A stretch of DNA of 64,000 bases from NCBI GenBank assembly GCA_902635645.1, contig CACPON010000001.1, forward strand, positions 31,435-95,434. Direction: 5' to 3'. The notes beneath the pieces are model-generated. The model saw nothing but the letters and a program-made list of their open reading frames with translations. It made no database searches and was not told the DNA's origin. The position numbers and the translations under genes are program-made. This document shows positions 37,775-48,695 of the stretch, in pieces. Position 1 is the first letter of the stretch. Each line of letters opens with the position of its first letter. Source of the stretch: an uncultured SAR86 cluster bacterium. Lineage in GTDB: Bacteria; Pseudomonadota; Gammaproteobacteria; Magnimaribacterales; D2472.

Positions 37775-39380
37775 TTTTATAAATTGGAGACTATTCATTA
37801 CATGCTTTTGTCTTGTTGGAGCAATTTTTGCTGTTGTTTATAAAATTATATTAGTTCAAGTAGAAGACAGCCTTTTTTTGCAAAATGAAGGAAAAAAAAG
37901 ATATATAAAATATAGAGAAATTAATCCCGTAAGAGGAGCGATATATGACAGAAATAAGTTTCCGTTAGCAGTTTCTATTATTAATTATGATTTATATGCT
38001 TTAAAGGGTTTAAATATTGATAAATTTCTTAAGCTTAAAGACCTTATGGAGACAGATGAAGATATTTCTATTACTGAGCCTTTTAAAAGGAAAACTCTTC
38101 TTAAAAAAGGTTTAACTGCTGAAGAACAGTCAATTATTGAAGATCTTAATTTTAATGAATTAGAGATAGAAGTACGTCACAGCAGACATTACCCTCTAGG
38201 TGAACAGATTGCGCCACTTGTTGGTTTTTATGGAAAGGATAGAGCACAAGAGGGACTAGAAAAAAGTTATGATTCTATGCTTTCAGGAAAGAGTGGGAAA
38301 CAAAAGTTTTATAAAAATGCAAAACAAGAAATCATTTCAAAACCTATTGAGATTGAAAAATCAATTAAAGGTCAAGATATAGTCTTAACTATTGATTCAA
38401 CTATTCAGTTTTATTCTTATAAATATTTAGTTGAGGCTATAGTAAAAAATAACGCTAAAGCAGGAACAGTTTTAGTATTTGATAATTTAAGCGGAGAAAT
38501 ATTAGCAATAGCGAGCTATCCTTCTTATAACCCCAACAACCCAAATAGATCAATTCAAAAGAACAGGGCTCTTGTTGATGCATATGAGCTAGGATCTGTT
38601 ATAAAGCCTATAGTTTTTTCGAAGGCTGTAGATGAGGGTGTTATCAATCCTGATGAATTAATAGAGTTACCAAGACGTTTGCAATTAGGTGAGAAGATTA
38701 TTTCTGACACAAAAAATTATGTTCAATTAACCCCTAAAGAAATTATTGCTCATTCAAGCCAAGTTGGAGCATCTAAAATTGCATTAGAATTAGGATACGA
38801 TGCTTTGAAAACCAATTACTATAATTTTGGTTTTAGTAAACCAATATCAATCAACTTCCCATCAGCAGCTTTTGGTTTAATTAATAGTAAAGAAGAGGTT
38901 TCAGATAGAGAGCTCGCCAGTATGGGCTATGGGTATGGCTTTACAGTAAGCCCTTATCAAATTGCATCTGCTTATTCAACTTTTGCAAATAAGGGAATTC
39001 GCAAAGATTTCAAACTGCTTATAAATGACGAAGTAACACATAAGAGAGTTATCTCAAAAGAATCAGCCGATCATACCTTAGACGCTTTGCAAAAAGTTGT
39101 AGAGTTTGGTACTGGTAAGAAAGCAAATATAGATGGATTTACGCAGGGTGGAAAAACTGGAACTGTGCATAGGATTAGATCAGGATCAGGTTACGCTGAA
39201 GATTTATATCGCGCTTCTTTTGTTGGTATTGCACCTCTATCAGAGAAATCATTAACAATATTTGTATCAATTGAGGATCCTGGACTAAATGCATATTCAG
39301 GTGGCATGATTGCCGCACCTCTATTTGCAGAAATTGCTGAGAGTTCTTTAAATTATTTAGGTTATTTAGAGGATGAATAA
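37761..39380 (+). CDS. ftsI: peptidoglycan D,D-transpeptidase FtsI (PBP3)
   Basis: 539 aa. N-terminal TM, SxxK (GSVIKP), SxN-like region and KTG (GKTGT) motifs. Confidence 0.9.
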   Translation: MKKINFINWRLFITCFCLVGAIFAVVYKIILVQVEDSLFLQNEGKKRYIKYREINPVRGAIYDRNKFPLAVSIINYDLYALKGLNIDKFLKLKDLMETDEDISITEPFKRKTLLKKGLTAEEQSIIEDLNFNELEIEVRHSRHYPLGEQIAPLVGFYGKDRAQEGLEKSYDSMLSGKSGKQKFYKNAKQEIISKPIEIEKSIKGQDIVLTIDSTIQFYSYKYLVEAIVKNNAKAGTVLVFDNLSGEILAIASYPSYNPNNPNRSIQKNRALVDAYELGSVIKPIVFSKAVDEGVINPDELIELPRRLQLGEKIISDTKNYVQLTPKEIIAHSSQVGASKIALELGYDALKTNYYNFGFSKPISINFPSAAFGLINSKEEVSDRELASMGYGYGFTVSPYQIASAYSTFANKGIRKDFKLLINDEVTHKRVISKESADHTLDALQKVVEFGTGKKANIDGFTQGGKTGTVHRIRSGSGYAEDLYRASFVGIAPLSEKSLTIFVSIEDPGLNAYSGGMIAAPLFAEIAESSLNYLGYLEDE

Positions 39381-40827
39381 ATTAGCACAAATACTTGGTA
39401 TCCAATTTTCTAATGAAATAGAAATTTCGAGTATTACAAACACAACTGACAAAGTAAAAGAGGGCTCTATTTTTTTTGCTTTAAAAGGAACACAAAATCA
39501 TGGAAGCAAATATATTGATGAAGCTTTTGAAAAAGGAGCAAAATTTGCTATCCATAATGATAAAAATTTTTGTTCATCAAATGAAAATATTATCTATGTA
39601 AAAGATCTTCAATCTAATGGTGGTAAGAAGATTTTTAAAGTTCTAGAAGCTTTTTATACAATTAACAATTTCAATAGCCATAACTACTATGTATTTACAG
39701 GAACAAATGGCAAAACAACGTCAGCATACTTATGCCACCAACTACTCACAAATAAAGGTATTAGCTCGATATATATAGGTACTATCGGAACTCAATATAA
39801 TACCAATCCATTAGATCAATCTATATCAAAAAAAACAACGCCTGATATTTTTGAATTATTTGAAATATTTAATTTTTATAAAATCAAAAATAATATCGCA
39901 GTTTGTATTGAAATATCCTCACATGCGTTGGATCAAAATAGATTAGAGAATATCAAGTATTTTAAATCTTCATCTATATTAAATATTGGGTCTGATCATC
40001 TTGATTATCATAAGAACATTGAAAACTATGCAGAAAGTAAATTAAAAATTTTTAGTACTGAATCTGAAAGTAAATTTATCAACCAAAAAATTTTAAATGA
40101 GAATCCTAATATATTCATTGAAGATAGCTCGCTAACAAAAGTTTCTAATAACCCCTCTACTGATCTATATTACGAAATTCTTGAATGTTCTTTTAAAAAA
40201 TCATTATTCAAAATAATCCAAAATAATGAAAAAGGTGATTCAATATATAAATTTGAGACATCTATTTTTCCAAAGTTCAATATAGTTAACTTAATTTTTG
40301 CTATTTGTTCTGCTGGTTTATCAAACTTTGATAAAAATAAAATCAATAAATTGAACTTTTTAAAACTTCCTAAAGGCAGGAGCGATTTTATAAAAGATAT
40401 TCCTGCAAATATAATTATTGATTACGCGCATAATCCTGAAGGGTTTCTTTTATTTCTATCGTCATTGCAAGATTTTTTTGATAATTTGGTTGTCGTTTTT
40501 GGTTGTGGAGGTAATAGAGATAGATCAAAGAGACCATTAATGCTTAATGCTGCTTTGAAATATGCTGATAAGGTAATATTTACATCTGACAACTCTAGAA
40601 ATGAAGAGTTTAGTGAAATTTTATCTGATGCCATTGCAAACAATAATAGTGAAAGCAAAATTGATGTAATTGAAGATAGAAAAGAAGCTATTATTCATGG
40701 AACAAATTTAATTAAAAAAGATGACTGTTTGGTTATTTTGGGTAAGGGGCATGAAGAGACACAAGAAAAAGATGGTCAGATACTATTTTTTAGTGATCAT
40801 GAGGTAGTCAATGAAATTTATAACTAA
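39373..40827 (+). CDS. murE: UDP-N-acetylmuramoyl-L-alanyl-D-glutamate--2,6-diaminopimelate ligase
   Basis: 484 aa Mur ligase. P-loop GTNGKTT, DYAHNPEG, C-terminal DNSRNE and GKGHE. Confidence 0.88.
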   Translation: MNKLAQILGIQFSNEIEISSITNTTDKVKEGSIFFALKGTQNHGSKYIDEAFEKGAKFAIHNDKNFCSSNENIIYVKDLQSNGGKKIFKVLEAFYTINNFNSHNYYVFTGTNGKTTSAYLCHQLLTNKGISSIYIGTIGTQYNTNPLDQSISKKTTPDIFELFEIFNFYKIKNNIAVCIEISSHALDQNRLENIKYFKSSSILNIGSDHLDYHKNIENYAESKLKIFSTESESKFINQKILNENPNIFIEDSSLTKVSNNPSTDLYYEILECSFKKSLFKIIQNNEKGDSIYKFETSIFPKFNIVNLIFAICSAGLSNFDKNKINKLNFLKLPKGRSDFIKDIPANIIIDYAHNPEGFLLFLSSLQDFFDNLVVVFGCGGNRDRSKRPLMLNAALKYADKVIFTSDNSRNEEFSEILSDAIANNNSESKIDVIEDRKEAIIHGTNLIKKDDCLVILGKGHEETQEKDGQILFFSDHEVVNEIYN

Positions 40828-42145
40828 CTCAAATGACTTATCTAAATATTTAGATACTCCCATCAAAAAGAATATTCAGATAAAAGATATTTCTATTGAT
40901 TCTAGAACTATCAAAAAAGACTCACTATTTATTGCTATAAACGGAGAAAATTTTAATGGTAATGATTATGTTGATGAAGCAATTCACAAAGGAGCATGCC
41001 TTGCAATAACTGACAGTAAGAAATATAAAACTTCTAAGAATAAAAACATAATCTATGTCAATAATTCCATTTCTGCTCTTAAAAAGATTACAAGCAATAT
41101 TCTTAAATCTTTTGATGGAAATATTGTAGGCATAACAGGAAGCAACGGAAAAACTACCACAACTAAAATTATCGCAAATGTTTTATCAAAAAGCTCATCG
41201 ACTTTAAATAATTATAATAATGAAATTGGAATGCCCTTAAGTATTTTTAATGCAAAACAAAACTCAAAAAATTTAGTAATTGAGATGGGTGCAGCTAAAC
41301 CTGGAGACATAAAATATTTAAGTTCAATTCTAAAACCAAATATTGGAGTAATTACAAATATTGGTAATTCTCATTTAGAAAAACTTAAAAATATAAAAGG
41401 AGTCTTAAAAGTTAAATCTGAGTTAGTCTCAAACATAAAAAATGGCGGTTACTTAGTAGTTCCAAATGAAAACAAAGAACACCTAAAATTCTGGAAAAAA
41501 ATAATTAGAGGAAAAGAATTAATTACATTTGGCACTGAAAAAAATGCTGATTTTTATGCAATAAATATAAAATCCTCAATAAAAAAACAAGAATTTAATA
41601 TTATTTCAGATAAATATAATATAGATCATAAAATCAAAACTTCATTATCAGGAGTTCATAACATTAAAAATATTCTTGCAGCATTTGCCGTGTCGTATTT
41701 AATTGAAAATTCACCAAAATTATTTAATCAAAGATTAGAAAAGAGCATTCAAGTAAGACAAAAGCAACAGAAATGGATAAGAGGATCTTTACTAATTGAT
41801 GATACTTACAATGCGAATCCAGAATCTGTAAAAAAAGCTATTGATTTCTTATCAAATTCAAACAAGCGAAAAGTTTTCATTATGGGTGACATGCTTGAAT
41901 TAGGAAGATACAGAAAAAAGATGCATGCTGATGTTGGACAGTATGCAAAAAGAAAAAAAGTAGATGTTTTTCTTGGTTTTGGAGAATTAACAAAATATGC
42001 TGTATCTGGATATGGCAAAAATGGATTATTTTTTAATAATGAAAATGATCTTAAAAAATTTATTAAAGAAAACATTAAAAGTGGAGACATAGTTCTGATT
42101 AAAGGCTCTAGGGGAATAAAAATGGAGAGATTTATAAATGTTTGA
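40811..42145 (+). CDS. murF: UDP-N-acetylmuramoyl-tripeptide--D-alanyl-D-alanine ligase
   Basis: 444 aa. P-loop GSNGKTTT, GVHNIKN, DDTYNANPES, GSRG. Confidence 0.88.
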   Translation: MKFITNSNDLSKYLDTPIKKNIQIKDISIDSRTIKKDSLFIAINGENFNGNDYVDEAIHKGACLAITDSKKYKTSKNKNIIYVNNSISALKKITSNILKSFDGNIVGITGSNGKTTTTKIIANVLSKSSSTLNNYNNEIGMPLSIFNAKQNSKNLVIEMGAAKPGDIKYLSSILKPNIGVITNIGNSHLEKLKNIKGVLKVKSELVSNIKNGGYLVVPNENKEHLKFWKKIIRGKELITFGTEKNADFYAINIKSSIKKQEFNIISDKYNIDHKIKTSLSGVHNIKNILAAFAVSYLIENSPKLFNQRLEKSIQVRQKQQKWIRGSLLIDDTYNANPESVKKAIDFLSNSNKRKVFIMGDMLELGRYRKKMHADVGQYAKRKKVDVFLGFGELTKYAVSGYGKNGLFFNNENDLKKFIKENIKSGDIVLIKGSRGIKMERFINV

Positions 42146-43223
42146 ATATTTAGGCACTATTCTTGTAGACATAGATCCAGGTTTTGATGTTTTACGTTAT
42201 TTAACTGTAAGAACTTTGGGTGGTACAGTGACTGGATTATTAATATCTATTTTATTAGGCCCAATAATAATAAAGTCTCTCAAGTCTATGCAGTTTGAGC
42301 AACATGTTAGAGTTGATGGACCAGAATCTCATTATAAAAAATCAGGAACACCCACTATGGGAGGACTTTTAATTTTATCGTCCTTAGTGATTTCCACGTT
42401 ACTATGGTCCGACCTAGGCAACAGATATATTTGGGTTGTTCTTTTTACAACCATAGCCTTTGCTTTAATTGGATTCTTTGATGACTATTTAAAAATAAAA
42501 AATAAAAGTTCAGACGGACTTAATTCTAAACAGAAAATATTTTTACAAATTATTGCATCATTTATAGCTATGTATTATTTATATCATTCTGCTGAATTGA
42601 TTGCTGAAACTTCATTTATTGTTCCATTCTTTAAAGATCTAATAATTCCTATGAGCGCCTTTGTATTCATATCAACTGGAATGTTTGTTTTAATTGGATC
42701 ATCTAATGCTGTAAATTTAACTGATGGTCTTGATGGCCTTGCTATATTGCCATCTGTTCTTATTGCGGGAGCTCTCGGACTTATCGCTTATAGTATGGGT
42801 AACCAAATTATTGCTGATTATTTGTATTTACCTCACCTAAAATTATCAGGAGAGTTAATAGTTTTTTGTGGAGCACTTATTGGTTCTGGTATTGGTTTTC
42901 TCTGGTATAACACGTATCCTGCTCAAATTTTTATGGGAGATATTGGTTCACTAACTTTAGGAGCAATATTAGGAATACTGGCGGTGATTTTAAGACATGA
43001 GCTAGTTTTTGCAATCATGGCGGGTGTATTTGTAATAGAAACCTTAAGTGTTGCAATTCAGGTTATTTCCTATAAGACTCGAGGAAAAAGAGTATTTTTA
43101 ATGGCACCTATCCACCATCATTATGAATTAAAAGGCTGGCCAGAGCCTAAAATCATTGTTAGGTTTTGGATAGTTACATTAGTTCTAATTTTAATAGCAT
43201 TAGCTACATTAAAACTTCGATAA
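42138..43223 (+). CDS. mraY: phospho-N-acetylmuramoyl-pentapeptide transferase
   Basis: 361 aa polytopic protein. TPTMGG, NAVNLTDGLDGLA, PIHHHYE motifs. Confidence 0.95.
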   Translation: MFEYLGTILVDIDPGFDVLRYLTVRTLGGTVTGLLISILLGPIIIKSLKSMQFEQHVRVDGPESHYKKSGTPTMGGLLILSSLVISTLLWSDLGNRYIWVVLFTTIAFALIGFFDDYLKIKNKSSDGLNSKQKIFLQIIASFIAMYYLYHSAELIAETSFIVPFFKDLIIPMSAFVFISTGMFVLIGSSNAVNLTDGLDGLAILPSVLIAGALGLIAYSMGNQIIADYLYLPHLKLSGELIVFCGALIGSGIGFLWYNTYPAQIFMGDIGSLTLGAILGILAVILRHELVFAIMAGVFVIETLSVAIQVISYKTRGKRVFLMAPIHHHYELKGWPEPKIIVRFWIVTLVLILIALATLKLR

Positions 43224-43232
43224 ATTTAAGGA

Positions 43233-44258
43233 ATGAAATCTTTAATATATGGTTATGGGGTTACCGGAAAATCTTTCGAAAGATATTTAACTAATAGAAA
43301 TATTCCTTTTGATATTTTTGATGAAAATATAGATCAGCATAATAAAAAGAATAACCTCTCTGATTATCAAACTATATTTTGCAGTCCTGGAATCCCAAAA
43401 GATTTATATGAATCACTTAAACAATACGCTGAGGTTATTACGGATCTTGATATTTTTTTTAAGGAAGATAACTCAATAAAAATAGGCATCACAGGAACAA
43501 ATAGAAAAAGCACAACTTGTTTCCACTTAGAACAACTTATTAGAGAAATAGATACAGTTAATCTTGTTGGTAATATCGGTAATCCAATGCTAGACGTGAT
43601 TAATAATAATAAAACATATTCAATTATAGAGTTATCCAGTTTTCAATTAGATAAGATGAATTTTAATGATTTAGATTATGGGATCCTTTTAAATATAGCA
43701 CCAGATCATTTAGATTATCACGGGTCTTTTGAAGCCTATAAAAGTGCTAAAGAAAAGATACAATCTTCAAAAAATTTCTCAAATGAAAATAATCCATACG
43801 AACTCTTCAGGTGGATAACAGGAAAAGAATCAAAAAAATTAGATCTAAAAAACCTTCCTTATAGGTTTGAAAAAATTACTCCATCGATCATTAATGACTC
43901 AAAATCAACCAACTCTAACTCACTCTTCTTTGCTCTTGAAAATGCTATAAAGTTTTTTGGCTTGAAAAATTTTGTATTAATTGTTTGTGGTGATCCAGCA
44001 AAGGAAAATCATAAATCTCTTAAGATAAATGGACCTGAAGAAATTTTAGTTTATGGGAAGCACAAAAAAGAAATTGATGCATGTTTAGATAACAATAACA
44101 AAAAATTATTTAATACACTTGAAGATATTATTTCATATCTAAAAGATTCAAATAAAAAGAATATTTTATTTTCACCTGGATATCCAAGTGGTAAGGATTA
44201 TAAGAATTTTGAGATTAGGGGAGAGCACTTCAATTCTTGTTTAAACCAAGATGAATAG
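43233..44258 (+). CDS. murD: UDP-N-acetylmuramoylalanine--D-glutamate ligase (unusually short)
   Basis: 341 aa. Co-linear with MurD at the ends (YGYGVTGKS, ELSSFQL, NIAPDHLDYH, INDSKSTN, SPGYPSGKDYKNFEIRGEHF). The P-loop reads GTNRKST. Canonical slot between mraY and ftsW. Confidence 0.8.
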   Translation: MKSLIYGYGVTGKSFERYLTNRNIPFDIFDENIDQHNKKNNLSDYQTIFCSPGIPKDLYESLKQYAEVITDLDIFFKEDNSIKIGITGTNRKSTTCFHLEQLIREIDTVNLVGNIGNPMLDVINNNKTYSIIELSSFQLDKMNFNDLDYGILLNIAPDHLDYHGSFEAYKSAKEKIQSSKNFSNENNPYELFRWITGKESKKLDLKNLPYRFEKITPSIINDSKSTNSNSLFFALENAIKFFGLKNFVLIVCGDPAKENHKSLKINGPEEILVYGKHKKEIDACLDNNNKKLFNTLEDIISYLKDSNKKNILFSPGYPSGKDYKNFEIRGEHFNSCLNQDE

Positions 44259-45357
44259 AACAAACAATTTTTTAATTTTATTTTCATTTATAAGCTTAAT
44301 GAGCCTTGGGTTTATTATGGTTGCTTCATCTAGTATTTATGTTGCTGATGAGATGACAGGAGACCCATTTTATTTTGCTAGCAGACAGCTCATATTCATT
44401 TCAGCTGGGTTGCTTGCAATGAGTATTTTTTTGCTGCTGCCCTCTGATTTTTTATTTAAAGCTGATTGGGTGTTTATGCTTATAAGTATTCTTTTGTTAA
44501 TTGCTTTATTTATTCCAGATATAGGCACTTCAGTAAATGGGAGCATTAGATGGATAAGATTAGGACCAATAAACATTCAGCCGTCAGAAGTTTGTAAATT
44601 TAGCTTAATTTTATATATTTCTGGTTATTCGGTTAGAAGAATGTCTGAAATTAATACTCTAAGAAGTTTTCTTAAACCTTTGTTTCTTCTTTTTATTATT
44701 TCATTATTAATAATGGGTCAGCCTGATCTTGGGTCTACAGCAATAATATGCTTGCTTGTTGTTGCAATATTATTTTATGCAGGAATATCTTTTTTTCAGT
44801 TCAGCTTATTATCAATTTTAATATCATTATTGGGATATTTAGCGATTTCAAGCTCACCTATGAGACTGGCTAGAGTTCTTGCTTTCACTGATCCTTTTGC
44901 AGAGGATGTTGTAAGAAATGCTGGATGGCAACTTTCAAATTCATTAATAAGCATTGGTCAAGGAGGGTGGTTTGGCTTAGGTATTGGTAATAGTTTTCAA
45001 AAGAACTTTTTTTTACCGGAAGCTCATACAGATTTTATTTTTGCAATTCTTGTTGAAGAGCTTGGAATAGTTGGTGGATTGGTTTTGATTGCACTGTTTG
45101 TTGTTTTGTTTATTGGTATTCTTAGAGTAGCCCTTGATTCTCTTAGTAAAGACAGGCTATTTCAAGGGTATGTTTCTTTTGGAATTATGGTTTTAATAGC
45201 AGTTCAAGCTCTATTTAATATGGCAGTGAATATTGGTTTGCTTCCAACTAAAGGACTTACGCTTCCATTTATTAGTTACGGTGGAACTAGTATTATTATT
45301 ATGATGTCCCTTATAGCAATAGTTATAAGAATAAATAATGAAAACAAATTAATATAA
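44251..45357 (+). CDS. ftsW: SEDS peptidoglycan glycosyltransferase FtsW
   Basis: 368 aa, about 10 TM. QPSE, PEAHTDFIF, LPTKGLTLPFISYGGTS motifs. Confidence 0.9.
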   Translation: MNRTNNFLILFSFISLMSLGFIMVASSSIYVADEMTGDPFYFASRQLIFISAGLLAMSIFLLLPSDFLFKADWVFMLISILLLIALFIPDIGTSVNGSIRWIRLGPINIQPSEVCKFSLILYISGYSVRRMSEINTLRSFLKPLFLLFIISLLIMGQPDLGSTAIICLLVVAILFYAGISFFQFSLLSILISLLGYLAISSSPMRLARVLAFTDPFAEDVVRNAGWQLSNSLISIGQGGWFGLGIGNSFQKNFFLPEAHTDFIFAILVEELGIVGGLVLIALFVVLFIGILRVALDSLSKDRLFQGYVSFGIMVLIAVQALFNMAVNIGLLPTKGLTLPFISYGGTSIIIMMSLIAIVIRINNENKLI

Positions 45358-45361
45358 TCGT

Positions 45362-46411
45362 ATGAAAATTATAGTATCTGCAGCAAAAACAGGCGGACAT
45401 ATTTTTCCTGCAATAGCTGTTGGCAATGAATTAAAACACAATGGTCATGATATTGTTTTCATTGGTTCGGGCGCTCCAATTGAGGTCAATGCATTAAAAA
45501 AAACAAGTTTTCGTTACCACTTCATATCGATGGAGGGATTCCGTGGTAAAAATTTTTTCGAAAAAATTAAATCTTTGCTACTTATACCAATAAGTATTTT
45601 TAAAATTTTAAAAATTATTAGAAATGAAAAAGTCGATGCTATGATTGGGTTTGGCGGCTTTATTACAGTTCCAGTTGGTATTGCATTCTATATATCTAGA
45701 AAACCAATATTTATCCATGAACAAAATGCTGTCTTGGGCTCAGCTAATAAGCTGCTTGGAAAGTTTTCAAAGATTATTTTTAGCGCTTTTAAATTAAAAG
45801 AAACTTTCAAAAATACATGCATTACCGGCAACCCCATTAGAGAAGAATTTCGTACAGAAGTTCCAAAGGAAGATTATTCTGAGATTACAAAGATATACAT
45901 AACTGGTGGCAGTCAAGGTTCAGAGTATATAAATACCAATATCCCAATGGCATTTGAAGGTCTAAGTAAAAAAATATTGGTTAAGCATCAATCTGGTAAA
46001 GGAAAGGATAAAGACTTAAAGGACTTTTATAAAAAATTTAATATTGAGGCTGAAGTCAAAGAGTTTTATGAAAACCCTGAATCATTAATAAGCTGGTCTG
46101 ATTTTGTTATTTCTAGAGCTGGAGCCTTATCTGTTTCTGAGGTTACCTCATTATCCAAAGGCCTGCTTATGATACCGTTACCGTCTGCTATTGATAATCA
46201 TCAACTTTATAATGCAAAACATATTGAGGACTTAAATATGGGGCTTATACATGAAGAAAAAGATGGTTTAGATGCCCTTAAAAAAAAGATATCAACAATT
46301 GTTAATCAAAAAACATACAATACATGGAAATTACACAGAAATAAAAACCATCTTGAGTCAGCTTCTATTATCGCAGGCAAAGTTATCGAATACCTTGAGC
46401 AAATGAAATGA
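45362..46411 (+). CDS. murG: undecaprenyldiphospho-muramoylpentapeptide beta-N-acetylglucosaminyltransferase
   Basis: 349 aa. GGHIFPA N-terminal motif, HEQN, RAGALSVSE. Confidence 0.9.
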   Translation: MKIIVSAAKTGGHIFPAIAVGNELKHNGHDIVFIGSGAPIEVNALKKTSFRYHFISMEGFRGKNFFEKIKSLLLIPISIFKILKIIRNEKVDAMIGFGGFITVPVGIAFYISRKPIFIHEQNAVLGSANKLLGKFSKIIFSAFKLKETFKNTCITGNPIREEFRTEVPKEDYSEITKIYITGGSQGSEYINTNIPMAFEGLSKKILVKHQSGKGKDKDLKDFYKKFNIEAEVKEFYENPESLISWSDFVISRAGALSVSEVTSLSKGLLMIPLPSAIDNHQLYNAKHIEDLNMGLIHEEKDGLDALKKKISTIVNQKTYNTWKLHRNKNHLESASIIAGKVIEYLEQMK

Positions 46412-47802
46412 ATTTTTTTAAAAAAATAAAACATATACATTTTGTAGGCATAGGCGGTGCCGGAATGATAGGTATAGCAAGATTGCTTCTTAAAAAGGGC
46501 TACAAAGTATCTGGGTCTGACATTAATGATACATATGAGCTAAAAAAAATTAAGAAAGAGGGCGCAAAAGTCTTTATAGGTCATGACAAAACAAACATCA
46601 AAAAAGCGAACTTAATAGTAGTCTCAACTGCTATTGATAATAAAAATCCAGAAATTCTTGAAGGCATAAAGAATGGTATAACAATAATTCCTCGTGCTGA
46701 AATGCTTGGTAGCATTATGAGAGGTTATGAGAGCATAGCCATCGCTGGAAGTCATGGTAAAACAACTACAACAAGCATGATTGCAAAAATTTTTAATACT
46801 GCTGAACTAAGCCCAACATATGTAGTTGGAGGAAAAGTTTTAAGCACCGATGAAAACTCTGATTTAGGTATGGGTAATTATTTAATTGCAGAAGCAGATG
46901 AAAGTGATGGATCTTTTACTCATTTAAACCCAGATGTAGCGATATTAACCAATATAGATGATGATCATTTGACTCACTATGACAATAATTTTGAAAACCT
47001 TTTAGATTCATTTATTCAATTTTCAGAGAATGTGCCTTTTTATGGATATCTGATAGTTAATGGAGATGATAAAAATATAAAAAAAATTACAAAAAGAATT
47101 TCAAGAAAACAGATTACTTTTGGAAAATCAAAAAATGTAGATTTTCAAATTTTAAATTCTGGTTATAAAAACGGATTTCAGACCTTTGAGATTATGGATA
47201 ATCAAAGAAGTAAAAAATATGCCTTTTGCATCAGGCAGCCTGGTTTTCATAATATTTATAACGCTACAGCTTCTATAGCTGTATGTATAGAAGAAGGCCT
47301 ACCTATAAATGCAATAAAAAAAGGCATTAAAGAATTTACAGGAGTTGGCAGAAGGTATGAGAAGGCAGATATTAAAATTAATTCGAATAATAAAATTCTA
47401 ATAGATGATTATGGTCATCATCCAATAGAAATTTTATCTAATATAAAAGCATGCAAAGAAGAATTTCCTAGAAAAAAGATTTGTATGATATTTCAACCTC
47501 ATCGATTTTCTAGAACAGCACAATTGTTTGATGATTTTATTCAAGTTCTTAAAAAAGTTGATTCATTGATAATGCTGGATATTTATGCTGCAAGTGAAAA
47601 TCCTATCAGAGGTATTGATTCAAGAACCATTGTTGAAACACTTAAGCAAAAAGGACATAAAGATGTTTCGTATATCAAAAAACATAATGATGTAGTTAAA
47701 CTTATTGAATCAAAAGAAAATAGTTTCGATGTTCTTATTACCCAGGGTGCAGGCAGTGTTTCAAGCGTATGCGAATTAATAAAAGAAACATGGAAGAAAT
47801 AA
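46408..47802 (+). CDS. murC: UDP-N-acetylmuramate--L-alanine ligase
   Basis: 464 aa. HFVGIGGAGM, P-loop GSHGKTTTT, DDYGHHP. Confidence 0.93.
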   Translation: MNFFKKIKHIHFVGIGGAGMIGIARLLLKKGYKVSGSDINDTYELKKIKKEGAKVFIGHDKTNIKKANLIVVSTAIDNKNPEILEGIKNGITIIPRAEMLGSIMRGYESIAIAGSHGKTTTTSMIAKIFNTAELSPTYVVGGKVLSTDENSDLGMGNYLIAEADESDGSFTHLNPDVAILTNIDDDHLTHYDNNFENLLDSFIQFSENVPFYGYLIVNGDDKNIKKITKRISRKQITFGKSKNVDFQILNSGYKNGFQTFEIMDNQRSKKYAFCIRQPGFHNIYNATASIAVCIEEGLPINAIKKGIKEFTGVGRRYEKADIKINSNNKILIDDYGHHPIEILSNIKACKEEFPRKKICMIFQPHRFSRTAQLFDDFIQVLKKVDSLIMLDIYAASENPIRGIDSRTIVETLKQKGHKDVSYIKKHNDVVKLIESKENSFDVLITQGAGSVSSVCELIKETWKK

Positions 47803-48695
47803 AAAAAATTATTGTCATATGTGGCGGCTCGTCATCAGAAAGAGAAATATCTTTGCAAAGTGGCAAGGGGGTCTATGATGCCCTAAAAAAATTAGGATAT
47901 GAAACAACTATTGTAGATTTTAAAACTATTAGTGATTTCAATATTTTTAAAACGTATGATCTTATTTTTATAGCATTGCATGGGTTTGAGGGTGAAGGAG
48001 GTAATCTCCAAGAAAAATTTGATGATCTATCTATACCTTATACTGGATCAGGGCCAGAAGCTTGCAGAAATACATGGGATAAAAATACATGTAAAACAAT
48101 TTTAAAAGCTCATAATGTTATGACTCCATCATGGAAATATTATGAGACTTTAAAACCATTTTTAAATGAAACTTTCAAAGATTTTCAAAATAAAAACTGT
48201 TTTTTAAAACCAAGTCAAGAAGGCTCAAGCGTTGATATTTTTAAGATAAAAGACGATAAAGATTTTATGGTTGCTCTTAATAATGCAAACAATATAGATA
48301 GACCATTTTTAATGGAAAACTGCATAGATGGAAAAGAGTTTACTGTGACAATTATCAATGATGAATGTATGCCGGTAATAGAAATAGTAACTGAGAATGA
48401 GTTTTATGATTATGATGCAAAATATATCTCAAATAATACAGGGCTTATTGAAGCTAATCTTACTTCTGAGGAACACTTAGCAATAAATGTGGTTGCTTCA
48501 AATGCATATAATGCTCTGAACTGCAGAGGATGGGCACGTATTGATATTCTCCAAGACATCACAGGTCAATTTCATGTTCTTGAAATTAATACCGTTCCAG
48601 GAATGACATCACACAGTTGTGTTCCAAAATCAGGAAGCTTTCTTGGATTAGAATACGAGGAAGTAGTTCAAAATATTATTAATGCAAAACTTTAA
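47790..48695 (+). CDS. ddl: D-alanine--D-alanine ligase
   Basis: Start set at MEEIKKIIVICGGSSSEREISL, which aligns with the DdlB N-terminus. The track ORF 47769 is a 5' extension. ATP-grasp C-terminus EINTVPGMT. Confidence 0.9.
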   Translation: MEEIKKIIVICGGSSSEREISLQSGKGVYDALKKLGYETTIVDFKTISDFNIFKTYDLIFIALHGFEGEGGNLQEKFDDLSIPYTGSGPEACRNTWDKNTCKTILKAHNVMTPSWKYYETLKPFLNETFKDFQNKNCFLKPSQEGSSVDIFKIKDDKDFMVALNNANNIDRPFLMENCIDGKEFTVTIINDECMPVIEIVTENEFYDYDAKYISNNTGLIEANLTSEEHLAINVVASNAYNALNCRGWARIDILQDITGQFHVLEINTVPGMTSHSCVPKSGSFLGLEYEEVVQNIINAKL

